Of a stretch of 64,000 nt of DNA, positions 48,859 through 57,736 are shown one piece after another. Source of the stretch: Acidimicrobiales bacterium (lineage in GTDB: Bacteria > Actinomycetota > Acidimicrobiia > Acidimicrobiales > Acidimicrobilacustridaceae); assembly GCA_025455885.1 (NCBI GenBank), contig JALOLR010000006.1, forward strand, positions 13,913 to 77,912. The letters run 5' to 3'. Every line of letters begins with the position of its first letter. Within the stretch, counting starts at the first letter, position 1. Under the pieces are notes generated by a model, which saw only the letters and a list, made by a program, of their open reading frames with translations, did not search any database and was not told the origin of the DNA. Made by a program: the position numbers and the translations under genes.

Positions 48859-49581
48859 GTGGTGGTCCTGGCCGACTTCGAGATCTACTGCTCGCGTCCC
48901 CACGCGCCCACCCGTCGAGTGGCGCTGGGCGAGATGGATCTCCCGTGCGAGCCGGCGCCCGGGTTCGGTGGCGTGCTCCTGGCCGGGGTGGTGGCCGAGC
49001 ACGTGCCGGGCATCGATCCCGACCACATCCCCGACATCAAGCGCCTCACCCTCGAGCTGGAGCAGGGTCGGCCGATCCCGCAGCCGCGGTTGCGCCACCG
49101 GTTGCAGGTCGACACGGTCGGCCTGTCGTCCGTGCGCCACCGCCTCATGGGCGACGGCGAGCGGCTCTGGTTCGACTTCGGCGACAGCGGCGCACCGGAG
49201 CAACAGGTGCTCGGCGCGATCTACGCCGCCGGGACGCTCGACGCCCACGTCCTCCCGAGTGTGATGGCGTCGCTGCGTCGGGCCACCAAGTGGGTCGGAC
49301 CCGTCGGCGACGACTTCATCGCCGTCGTCGCGGGCGGGAAGCGGGGGGTGTCGTTCGGTCGCGCCGCGGTGGAGAACCCCACGGCGTGGGCGATGAGCGT
49401 CATGGGCTTCGAGGCAGGAGGCATCGCCACCGCCGTGGCGGCGCCGCCGGTGGGCGACGTGATCCGTCGCTACCGGGCACTGCTGCGCGAGGCCCATCCC
49501 GACCACGGCGCGGAGAACGACGGCGCGGCCCAGCGCATCGCCGACCTCGCCGAGGCGCGGCGCATCCTCACCGGTCGCTGA
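48859..49581 (+). CDS. Protein with unknown N-terminal domain and C-terminal J-domain-like segment
   Basis: C-terminus VIRRYRALLREAHPDHG...IADLAEARRIL contains HPD between two helices. Confidence 0.75.
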   Translation: MVVLADFEIYCSRPHAPTRRVALGEMDLPCEPAPGFGGVLLAGVVAEHVPGIDPDHIPDIKRLTLELEQGRPIPQPRLRHRLQVDTVGLSSVRHRLMGDGERLWFDFGDSGAPEQQVLGAIYAAGTLDAHVLPSVMASLRRATKWVGPVGDDFIAVVAGGKRGVSFGRAAVENPTAWAMSVMGFEAGGIATAVAAPPVGDVIRRYRALLREAHPDHGAENDGAAQRIADLAEARRILTGR

Positions 49582-49654
49582 TCGCCACGCCGAGTGCCCG
49601 GCCGTCCTCGTGCCCGGCGTCGCCCCACCGACCCGTCCGGTACGGTGCGCGACG

Positions 49655-51325
49655 ATGCCCTCGCTCGATCGTCCCCGCCTCGGCGACGTGCCCCGGGCCG
49701 CTCCCGCGGTGGTGGCCGAGCACCGTGCCTCGGGGTGGTGGGGCGACGCCACCCTCGGGGACGCGTTGGCCGCCAACGCCGTCGGTCGGCCGCACGACCG
49801 GGCGTTCGTCACCGTCGACCGCTCCGTCTCGTGGGGTGAGCTCGAGCGGTCCGTGACGGTGCTGGCCGAGGTGCTGGCCGGACTCGGTCTCGACCGCGGC
49901 GACCGGGTCGCCGTCGTCCTCCCCGACACCGACCTGGTCCACGTGGCGCTGCACGCCCTTCCCCGCGCCGGGCTCGTGGCCATGGGGATCGGCACCCGGG
50001 CCGGCGACGCCGAGGTGGCTCACCTGGCGGCCCGTTCCGGGGCGCGGGCGCTGGTGACGACGGCCGCCCTGCGGGGGCGTCCCGCCGACGACCTGGTCGA
50101 CGCCGTCGCTGCGCTCGGCCACCGCGTCGAGCACCTCGTGGTGATCCCCGACGAGCCGTGTGTGGTCGGCGATCAGGTCCTCGTCGACGGACGTCCCGGC
50201 CCCGTCGGCGTGCTCGACCCGGGTCTCGAGCTCGGCCCCGACGAGCTGTTCCTGCTCAACTCGACCTCGGGGACGACCGGTCTGCCGAAGTGCGTGATGC
50301 ACACCCAGAACCGGTGGATCGCCTACCACCGCCTGGCCGTGCGCGCCGGCGGCTTCGGGGACGACGAGGTGTTCATGAGCCTCCTCCCGGCGCCGTTCGG
50401 GTTCGGGCTCTGGACCTCCCACTTCACGCCGACGCTGCTGGCCAGCCCGACGGTCGTGATGGAGCGCTTCGACGCCGACCTCGCCCTCGATCTCGTCGAG
50501 CGGGAGCGGGTCACCGTGCTGTGCTGCGTCAGCACGCAGTTCATCATGCTGCTCAACGCCCAGGCCGAGCGTCCCCGCGACCTCTCCTCGTTGCGGTCGA
50601 TGTTCACCGGTGGCGAGGCCGTGCCCTTCGAGCGGGCCGCCGAGTTCGAGCGCGAGACCGGCGCCGCGGTGTTGCAGTTCTACGGCTCCAACGAGACCGG
50701 TGCGCTGAGCGGCACGACCGTCGCCGACGATCGTGACGTTCGTCTGCGCACCGCCGGGCGGATCATCGACGAGATGCACGTCCGGCTCTTCGACCCCGAC
50801 GACGGCTCCGACATCACCGGATCGGGCCGACCGGGGCGACCGGGGTGTCGGGGGCCCGTCACGTGCCTCGGGTACTGGGCGGACGACGAGGCGAACGCCG
50901 CGCTGTTCACCGACGACGGGTGGATGCTGATGGGCGACATCGTGGAGATCGACCCGGAGGGCGTGCTCACCGTGGTGGGGCGCACCTCGGACTTCGTGAT
51001 CCGCGGCGGCAAGAACATCAGTGCACCGGCGGTGGAGGCCGAGATCGGGACCCACCCGGCGGTGGCGATGGTCGCGGTGGTGGCCTGGCCGGACCCGGTG
51101 TTCGGCGAGCGGGTGTGCGCGTACGTGGAGGTACGGCCCGGGCACGCCGTCGAGCTCGACGGGATCACCGATCACCTGCGCCGGCGGGGTGTGTCGCGGG
51201 AGTGGTGGCCCGAACGGCTCGTCGTGGTCGACGAGCTCCCCCGCTCGTCGGGGGGCAAGGTCGCGAAGGGGGAGCTGCGGGTCGACGCCGAGCGCCGCGC
51301 CGCCGCCGAGGCGGTGAGCCCGTGA
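49655..51325 (+). CDS. AMP-binding acyl-CoA synthetase
   Basis: STSGTTGLPK, YGSNE, MGDI, GRTSDFVIRGGKNI, GGKV. Confidence 0.92.
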   Translation: MPSLDRPRLGDVPRAAPAVVAEHRASGWWGDATLGDALAANAVGRPHDRAFVTVDRSVSWGELERSVTVLAEVLAGLGLDRGDRVAVVLPDTDLVHVALHALPRAGLVAMGIGTRAGDAEVAHLAARSGARALVTTAALRGRPADDLVDAVAALGHRVEHLVVIPDEPCVVGDQVLVDGRPGPVGVLDPGLELGPDELFLLNSTSGTTGLPKCVMHTQNRWIAYHRLAVRAGGFGDDEVFMSLLPAPFGFGLWTSHFTPTLLASPTVVMERFDADLALDLVERERVTVLCCVSTQFIMLLNAQAERPRDLSSLRSMFTGGEAVPFERAAEFERETGAAVLQFYGSNETGALSGTTVADDRDVRLRTAGRIIDEMHVRLFDPDDGSDITGSGRPGRPGCRGPVTCLGYWADDEANAALFTDDGWMLMGDIVEIDPEGVLTVVGRTSDFVIRGGKNISAPAVEAEIGTHPAVAMVAVVAWPDPVFGERVCAYVEVRPGHAVELDGITDHLRRRGVSREWWPERLVVVDELPRSSGGKVAKGELRVDAERRAAAEAVSP

Positions 51326-51894
51326 CCCCGGGGGTGGCGCCCGGGGCCATGCTGCTGGCCCCCGGCGCGGGCGCGGATCGCGATCACCACACCCTCGTCG
51401 CCCTCGAGGAGGGCCTGGTGCCGCTCCCCGTCCGACGGATGGACTTCCCGTACCGCAAGGCCGGGCGCAAGGCCCCCGACCGCGCGCCGGTGGCGGTGGC
51501 GGCGGTCGTGGAGGAGGCCGCCCGTGCCGTCGGCGACGCCGGCGTCGATCCCGCCCGGCTCGTCCTCGGCGGTCGGTCCTTCGGTGGACGCATGTGCTCG
51601 ATGGCGGTCGCCGAGGGCCTGCCGGCGGCGGGGCTGGTGCTGTTGAGCTACCCGCTCCACCCGCCGGGCAAGCCCGACAAGCTCCGCGTGGAGCACTTCG
51701 GGGGCCTCCACCTCCCGTGCCTGTTCGTGAGCGGGGAGAAGGACCCGTTCGGTTCGCCGGACGAGCTCGAGGCCGCCGCCGCGGCCGTGCCCGGTCCGGT
51801 CACCTTCGCGTGGCTCCCCGGGGGCCACGACCCGCGCAACGCCGACGAGGCGATCGTGGCTGTCGTGGCCGACTGGCTGGGCGCGTGGGCCTGA
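51322..51894 (+). CDS. Small alpha/beta-fold hydrolase
   Basis: GGRSFGG nucleophile, SGEKDPFG Asp, GGH His. Confidence 0.85.
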   Translation: MTPGVAPGAMLLAPGAGADRDHHTLVALEEGLVPLPVRRMDFPYRKAGRKAPDRAPVAVAAVVEEAARAVGDAGVDPARLVLGGRSFGGRMCSMAVAEGLPAAGLVLLSYPLHPPGKPDKLRVEHFGGLHLPCLFVSGEKDPFGSPDELEAAAAAVPGPVTFAWLPGGHDPRNADEAIVAVVADWLGAWA

Positions 51895-51921
51895 GCCCGC
51901 GGCGCCGGTGGGGTGGGCTCC

Positions 51922-52338
51922 TCAGTAGCCCATGTGCTTGCGGAACTCCTGGCCGACGACCATCGACTGGCCCATCCGGCTCACCCACTCCTTCACCGCG
52001 GCGGCGAACGTCGCCGGGTCGAAGCCCTGCTCCCCGGCGATCTCGGCCATGCCCTCCTCGGTGGTCACGCCGCGCTCCTGGGCGATCTTGGCCACGGCGG
52101 CGTACTCGGCGATGCCGATGCCGTTGACGGGCTGGAGCATCGGGTCGTCGGCGTCGAGCGGCGCCGAGGACGGTCCGCCCATCGCCGCAGGGTCGACGGG
52201 CAGCCCGGCGATGCCGATCTGGCCCTCGGCCGGGGCCTGGGTGGCGTGCTGCTGGGCGAACTGCTGAGCCGCCGCGGCCTGCCCGAGCCCCGCTTCGGCC
52301 TGGTCCATCCCGTCCTTGACCTTCTTGAACAACCCCAT
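51922..52338 (-). CDS. Hypothetical protein (MGLFKK start, Gln/Ala-rich, helical C-terminal domain)
   Basis: 139-codon ORF from ATG 52338 with AGGGGGAG upstream. Confidence 0.75.
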   Translation of the reverse strand: MGLFKKVKDGMDQAEAGLGQAAAAQQFAQQHATQAPAEGQIGIAGLPVDPAAMGGPSSAPLDADDPMLQPVNGIGIAEYAAVAKIAQERGVTTEEGMAEIAGEQGFDPATFAAAVKEWVSRMGQSMVVGQEFRKHMGY

Positions 52339-52413
52339 GAGACTCCCCCTCGGTTCGCCGACCGTCGACGCGGCCAGGCTAAGGACGGTCGGCCCGAGGG
52401 GCAAGGGGTCAGG

Positions 52414-52842
52414 GTGGGCATCTTCGACGACATGAACCGGCTGAAGAAGCAGAGCGACGACCTCGCCGCGGCGTCGGGCCGTCCGACGACGTTCACCGGC
52501 AAGCTCGGGCAACTCCCGGACGACCTCCGCAACGCGGCCGACCAGGCCGAGTGGGCTCGCACCCAACAGCAGCAGGCCGCCGAGGGCAGCGGGGACGACC
52601 TCGTCGGGGGCACACCCGGGGTGGCCGTCCTCCACGGTCACCGGGCGACGGCCGGGATGGTCGGCTTCCAGCCCGTGAGCGTCCTCGACCTCGAGATCCG
52701 CCTCCCCGGCGCCGAGCCGTACCGTTTGGCGGCGACCGTGGTGGTGCCGTACCAGCACCTGGTGCTCATGACCGCCGGCCGCGAGCTCCCGGTGCGCGTC
52801 GACCCGGCCGACCGGACGCGGATCGCGGTCGACTGGCCCTGA
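52414..52842 (+). CDS. Hypothetical protein (MGIFDD start, C-terminal beta-rich OB-like domain)
   Basis: 143-codon ORF from GTG 52414 ending LPVRVDPADRTRIAVDW. Confidence 0.7.
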   Translation: MGIFDDMNRLKKQSDDLAAASGRPTTFTGKLGQLPDDLRNAADQAEWARTQQQQAAEGSGDDLVGGTPGVAVLHGHRATAGMVGFQPVSVLDLEIRLPGAEPYRLAATVVVPYQHLVLMTAGRELPVRVDPADRTRIAVDWP

Positions 52843-52881
52843 CCGGCGTCGCGACGCGCCTGGCGCAGGGGAGGAGGTCGG

Positions 52882-53559
52882 TCAGCCCGGGGGGGTGGTG
52901 AGCACGGGGCCGGCCCCGGTGAGCGCCCTCGCCTCGTCGTTGGCAGCCGAGTAGGTCGCCGTCTCGCGCATCTCCCGGTTGACGTACATGCGCAGGTCGT
53001 CGCTCTGGCGAGCCGCCACGAGCAGGCTGGTCAGGTCGCCGTTCGTCCAGTCGACCCGCGACGCCGCCTCACGCGTGAGGTTGAGCTGGGTCACCGGGCT
53101 GGGCTCGGGCGACGGGTCGACCTCGGGTAGCGGTTCCTGGCAGATGTCGTAGGAGTCGAGCCCCGACCATCGGGCGAACACGTCGGGCGTCACCAGCGCC
53201 GACAGCGTCCACGCCGCCTCGGCGTACTCCTCGGCGGTGCGACCGGCGATCGGTTCGACGTAGAGGGCGAGGTGGCGCCCGTCGGGCGAGGGCTCGTAGC
53301 GCCCTCCGCTGAGGTCGATCAGGGCCCCCCGCGTCAGGGTGAGCCCCATCGTGGCCAACGCCTCGTCGTAGACCTCGCGGATCGACGAGAGGTCCTGGGG
53401 GGGCAGCTCCTGGTCGGCAGCGATGGGGGGGAGCAGCTCGGCGGCGGCGGCGATGGTGGCCGCCGGCCCGGTGAGCGTGGTGGCGGGCGCGGCGTCGTCG
53501 CCCGAGCTGGTGCAGGCGCCGAGCGCCAGCCCGGCCACGAGGAGGGCGGGGACCGCCAA
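52882..53559 (-). CDS. Hypothetical lipoprotein
   Basis: Signal LAVPALLVAGLALGAC followed by TSS; start TTG 53559 or CTG 53568 at the stop of the LDT gene. Confidence 0.7.
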   Translation of the reverse strand: MAVPALLVAGLALGACTSSGDDAAPATTLTGPAATIAAAAELLPPIAADQELPPQDLSSIREVYDEALATMGLTLTRGALIDLSGGRYEPSPDGRHLALYVEPIAGRTAEEYAEAAWTLSALVTPDVFARWSGLDSYDICQEPLPEVDPSPEPSPVTQLNLTREAASRVDWTNGDLTSLLVAARQSDDLRMYVNREMRETATYSAANDEARALTGAGPVLTTPPG

Positions 53560-53564
53560 CCGCT

Positions 53565-54365
53565 TCAGGCGATCACCTCGACGGGCACGCCGAGCGGGAG
53601 GATCTTCGACAGCTCGGTGATGTCGGCGTTGCTCATCCGGATGCACCCGTTGCTGACCTGCTGGCCGATGAACTGGGGTTGGTTGGTGCCGTGGATGCCC
53701 AGCTGGCCGGGACCGCCGTTGAAGGTCTGGTGGACCTCGGAGAACCCCGAGAGCCCGTAGGCGTAGGGTCCGTAGACGCCGCCCGGGTCCGGGGTCTGGA
53801 CGAGCTCGGTGATGTAGTAGAGCCCGCCCGGGGTGGGCGTGTTGTCGGCGGCCACCGCGATGGGGATCTCCTTCATCACCTCTCCGTCCTTGAGGACGGT
53901 GAGCTGGAAGTTCCCGAGGTCCGCCTTGATGCGGTAGGGGTTCGAGAGGAGGGTCACGTCGGCTCGCCGCACCCAGCCGGAGGAGCCGTTGGGACGCATG
54001 GGCAGGTACACCTCGACCCACTCGCAGTCCTCGGCGACGGGGGCGTCCTTGACGAGGAAGACGAGGTCGACAGCCGCGTTCGGGTCGTCGTTGATGAGCC
54101 GCGGGTTGGTCATGGTCCGGGTGGGCTCGGGGGCGCCCGGGCTGTCGTAGATCGGGAGCTCGCCGGGGTTCGCGGCGGTGGCGGTGAAGCTCTGGGCCTC
54201 GGTCGTCGGGACCCCACACCCCGGCGGGAGCGTGGTGGTGGTGGCGACCGTCGTCGGGGTCGAGGCGGCGGTCGTCGTGACCGGAGCGGTGCTGGCGCTC
54301 GACCCGCCGCAGGCGGCGAGCACGAGGGCCGTCGCCACGGCGAGGGCGGTGACACGGATGCGCAT
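53565..54365 (-). CDS. L,D-transpeptidase (YkuD) lipoprotein
   Basis: Lipobox LAAC; TPGGLYYI, GIHGTN...SNGCIRM catalytic His/Cys. Confidence 0.92.
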   Translation of the reverse strand: MRIRVTALAVATALVLAACGGSSASTAPVTTTAASTPTTVATTTTLPPGCGVPTTEAQSFTATAANPGELPIYDSPGAPEPTRTMTNPRLINDDPNAAVDLVFLVKDAPVAEDCEWVEVYLPMRPNGSSGWVRRADVTLLSNPYRIKADLGNFQLTVLKDGEVMKEIPIAVAADNTPTPGGLYYITELVQTPDPGGVYGPYAYGLSGFSEVHQTFNGGPGQLGIHGTNQPQFIGQQVSNGCIRMSNADITELSKILPLGVPVEVIA

Positions 54366-54437
54366 GGGGGTGAACGCTACCGGCCGGAACGGACGCTCCG
54401 GGGCGCGCGCGGGGCCGGTGCGGGCCGGGCCACGACG

Positions 54438-56015
54438 TCAGAGACGATCGCCCGGATTGATGTCCTCGAGCTCGCGATGGGCCGTCTCCGGGTAGAGCGT
54501 CGCGACGAGGACGACGAGGACCAGCGGCCCGAGGGCGAGCAGGGCGATGGCCGGACCGAGGGATCCCATGGCGTCGGCCAGCCACCCGGCGGCGAGCAGG
54601 CCGACGCTGCTCCCGGCGACGGCGACGACCTGGAGGCCACCGTTGGCCCGCCCGCGTTGGGAGGTCGGGAAGAGCTCCGGGCCGTAGACGCCCAGCGCGG
54701 GGATGGCCATCGCCCCCACCACCGAGCCGAGCACCGACGCCGCCCACAGGGGCCACCCCCAGACCAGGTAGGTGAGGACGGTGAACGCCACACCCCCGGT
54801 GACGCCGATGATCCCGATGAGCCGTCGACCGCGGCGTTCGGCGACCCGGCCGCCGGCGACGACGCCGATGCCGCCGGGGGTGTTGGTGAGCAGCACGAAC
54901 AACGTGATCTGGATCCCGGAGAAGTCGCGCTCGGTGCGCAGGTACTCGTTCAGGAACTGCGAGGCGGGGGCGATGAAGAGGCTCCAGCAGAACCCGGCGA
55001 CGGCGAGGAGCGCGAAGCGCGACCAGTCGAAGCCCGGCGTCGCCGGCACCGGAGGATGGGTGACGGCGGAGGCGTCGCCCGGCGCGGCCGGGCGGGGTCC
55101 GATGTGGTGGAGCTCGAACCGCCGGGTCTCGGGCAGCAGTCGTCCCACCCGCACGACGGGAACCAGGGCGAGCAGCGGCACCAGGTAGATGCCTCGCCAG
55201 GCCCCCGGGCTGACGTCGACGTACACGAGGTTCCCCACGCAGATCCCCGCGCCGAGCGCCGCGGCCATCGCCAGCACCGAGACGGCGAAGGCCCTCGCTC
55301 CCGAGGGCATCTCCTCGACGGCGATCACGGCGATGAGGATCGCGGCCACCGTCGAGAGGGCCCGGGCGACGGTCTGGGTCGTCCCGAGCCACACCATCCC
55401 GGGGGCGACGGCACCGGTGGCGGTGACCACGCACCCGCCGATGACGGCGGCGAGGAGCACCACGCGGCGACCGCGACGGTCGGCGATCGACACGATGACG
55501 AGGGAGAGCAGCACGCCGATGCGGACCCCGGCGAGGAGCGTGCCCTGCTGGACCGTCGTGGCGTCGAACTGCGCAGCGGCGTAGGTGATGGTCTGGGTGA
55601 TCACGGTGCCGAGGTAGCCCGCCACCAGGGCGAGCACACCGAGGATGGCCAGCACCGTCGAGGCCCGGGCATCGAGCACCTCGGGGGGCGCCCACCAGGG
55701 CGGCGAACCCGGGGGCGTCGCCCCTCGCCGGAGGCGTCCCCGCAGCGCCCAGGAGAACGCCGCCCCCCAGACGGGGACGGCGAGGCGGTAGCGCACGGTC
55801 TCCACGACCGTCGGCCCGCGGCCGACGCGGTCGCTGTCGGCCTCCACGGCCACCGAGCGCTCCCACTCGTGGAACGGCCCGGTGCCGAGCGTGAAGTGCC
55901 GGGTCCCGTCCTCGTCGACGTGGTCGAGCACCTCGTCCACCACGTCGCCGCGGGGCTGTTGCCAGTCCGCCACGCCGTCGGGGTCGACCGGGAAGCGGTT
56001 CACCACGACGGTCAC
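54438..56015 (-). CDS. MFS transporter with soluble N-terminal extension
   Basis: ADRRGRR and AERRGRR motif-A repeats, about 12 TM, PELFPT..RG; start at GTG 56015 is uncertain. Confidence 0.8.
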   Translation of the reverse strand: MTVVVNRFPVDPDGVADWQQPRGDVVDEVLDHVDEDGTRHFTLGTGPFHEWERSVAVEADSDRVGRGPTVVETVRYRLAVPVWGAAFSWALRGRLRRGATPPGSPPWWAPPEVLDARASTVLAILGVLALVAGYLGTVITQTITYAAAQFDATTVQQGTLLAGVRIGVLLSLVIVSIADRRGRRVVLLAAVIGGCVVTATGAVAPGMVWLGTTQTVARALSTVAAILIAVIAVEEMPSGARAFAVSVLAMAAALGAGICVGNLVYVDVSPGAWRGIYLVPLLALVPVVRVGRLLPETRRFELHHIGPRPAAPGDASAVTHPPVPATPGFDWSRFALLAVAGFCWSLFIAPASQFLNEYLRTERDFSGIQITLFVLLTNTPGGIGVVAGGRVAERRGRRLIGIIGVTGGVAFTVLTYLVWGWPLWAASVLGSVVGAMAIPALGVYGPELFPTSQRGRANGGLQVVAVAGSSVGLLAAGWLADAMGSLGPAIALLALGPLVLVVLVATLYPETAHRELEDINPGDRL

Positions 56016-56111
56016 GGGCTTCGCTCTCCACTCTGGCTCGGTGGCTCCCGACCGCGGCGCCGGCGGGGCCGGCAGCGAGGCGGGGACGGGAGACGGCCAT
56101 ACTGGGCCGTC

Positions 56112-57362
56112 GTGGACCGCATCATCGTGCATCGCAGCGGACCGCTGTCGGGGACCGTGCCCATCGGGGGCGCCAAGAACTCCGTGCTGAAGCTCATGGC
56201 GGCCACGACGCTGGCCGAGGGCCGCTACGTGCTGCGCAACGTGCCGGCCATCAGCGACGTCGACTGCATGGTCGACCTGCTGCGCTCGATGGGGATGGAC
56301 GCAGGGCGTTCGGGCGCCGACGAGCTGGTCATCGAGCACCGGCCCGGGCTGGTTCCCGAGGCCCCCTACGAGCTGGTCGAGGCGATGCGGGCCTCGATCG
56401 TGGTCATGGGGCCGCTGGTGGCGCGCTTCGGGCGGGCCCGGGTGGCGATGCCGGGCGGGGACGACTTCGGCCCCCGTCCGATCGACATGCACGTCCGGGC
56501 CCTGGAGCAGCTCGGGGCCACCTTCGAGTCGGCGCACGGCTACATCGAGGCCCGGGCCGAGTGCCTGGTCGGCACCCGTCTGCTCCTCGAGTTCCCGAGC
56601 GTGGGGGCCACCGAGAACGCGCTCATGGCCGCGGTCCTCGCCGAAGGGACCACCGTCATCGACAACGCGGCGCGCGAGCCCGAGATCGCCGACCTCGCGA
56701 CGTTCCTCGTGGCCATGGGAGCCCGGATCGAGGGTGCCGGGACCTCGACGATCCGGATCGACGGCGTCGACGCGCTGCACGCCGCCGACCACACCGTGGT
56801 CCCGGACCGGATCGAGGCCGCCACGTTCCTCGCCGCCGTCGGGGTCGCCGGTGGCGAGATCACGCTCGCCGGTGCCCGGGCCGATCACATGGACATGCTG
56901 ATCGCCAAGCTCGCCGAGATGGGGATGCGGATCGAGCCGACGGACGGCGGTCTGAGCGCGTCGGCCCCCGACCGGCTCCGGGCCGTCGACGTCGCCACGC
57001 TGCCCTACCCGGGGGTGGCCACCGACTACAAGCCGCTCCTCGTGGCCGTGCTCGCCACCTCCGACGGGGTCGGGATCGTCACCGAGAACCTCTTCGCGGG
57101 GCGCTTCCGCTACGTCGACGAGCTGGTGCGGATGGGTGCCGACATCCGGACGGAGGGCCACCACGCCGTCGTCCGGGGGGTGCCCGAGCTGTCGGGCGCC
57201 CCGGTCCGGGCGCCCGACATCCGCGCCGGGGCGGCGCTCGTCGTCGCGGGCCTGCGCGCCGAGGGGGAGACGATCGTGGCCGGTGCCGACCACATCGATC
57301 GCGGCTACGAGCACTTCGTCGCCAAGTTGCGCGGCATCGGTGCCGAGGTGGAACGGGGCTGA
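56112..57362 (+). CDS. murA: UDP-N-acetylglucosamine 1-carboxyvinyltransferase
   Basis: GGAKNSVL, MRASIVVMGPL, PGGD.FGPRP, SVGATEN, NAAREPEI, PDRIEA, DIRAGAAL, HIDRGY. Confidence 0.96.
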   Translation: MDRIIVHRSGPLSGTVPIGGAKNSVLKLMAATTLAEGRYVLRNVPAISDVDCMVDLLRSMGMDAGRSGADELVIEHRPGLVPEAPYELVEAMRASIVVMGPLVARFGRARVAMPGGDDFGPRPIDMHVRALEQLGATFESAHGYIEARAECLVGTRLLLEFPSVGATENALMAAVLAEGTTVIDNAAREPEIADLATFLVAMGARIEGAGTSTIRIDGVDALHAADHTVVPDRIEAATFLAAVGVAGGEITLAGARADHMDMLIAKLAEMGMRIEPTDGGLSASAPDRLRAVDVATLPYPGVATDYKPLLVAVLATSDGVGIVTENLFAGRFRYVDELVRMGADIRTEGHHAVVRGVPELSGAPVRAPDIRAGAALVVAGLRAEGETIVAGADHIDRGYEHFVAKLRGIGAEVERG

Positions 57363-57421
57363 CGGCCGACCCGGGTGGCCGGCGGGGTGGCTCGGTCGGC
57401 GGGCGTCCCTAGACTGCGCTC

Positions 57422-57688
57422 GTGCGCGAGCAGGTCGAGAAGGTCATCACGGTCATCCGTCCGGCCATCCAGGCCGACAACGGCGACGTCATCCTCCACG
57501 AGGTCGACGAGGCCACCGGTGTCGTGACCGTCGAGCTGATCGGCGCCTGCGTCACCTGCCCCGCCTCCACCGTGACCCTGAAGGCGGGGCTCGAGCGGAT
57601 CCTCAAGGACCGGGTGCCCGGGGTGACCGAGGTGGTGAACTCCGGCGAGACGGCCCACGAGATCGGCGAGACCGCCGTCACGCTGTAG
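57422..57688 (+). CDS. Stand-alone NifU/Nfu-domain protein
   Basis: IRPAIQADNGDV...GACVTCPASTVTLK.GLE. Confidence 0.88.
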   Translation: MREQVEKVITVIRPAIQADNGDVILHEVDEATGVVTVELIGACVTCPASTVTLKAGLERILKDRVPGVTEVVNSGETAHEIGETAVTL

Positions 57689-57736
57689 GTCGACCGGGTG
57701 CACCGGGCCTCGGCCGCCCACTCCTAGGCTCCGGCC

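Noticed and set aside
53679-56111. Very long ORFs in the track (e.g. 53679..57362, 52882..56100, 1018..3789, 3320..6091, 17936..20512)
   Set aside because: Shadow or read-through extensions caused by stop-codon scarcity at high GC; only the terminal part of each matches a recognisable protein
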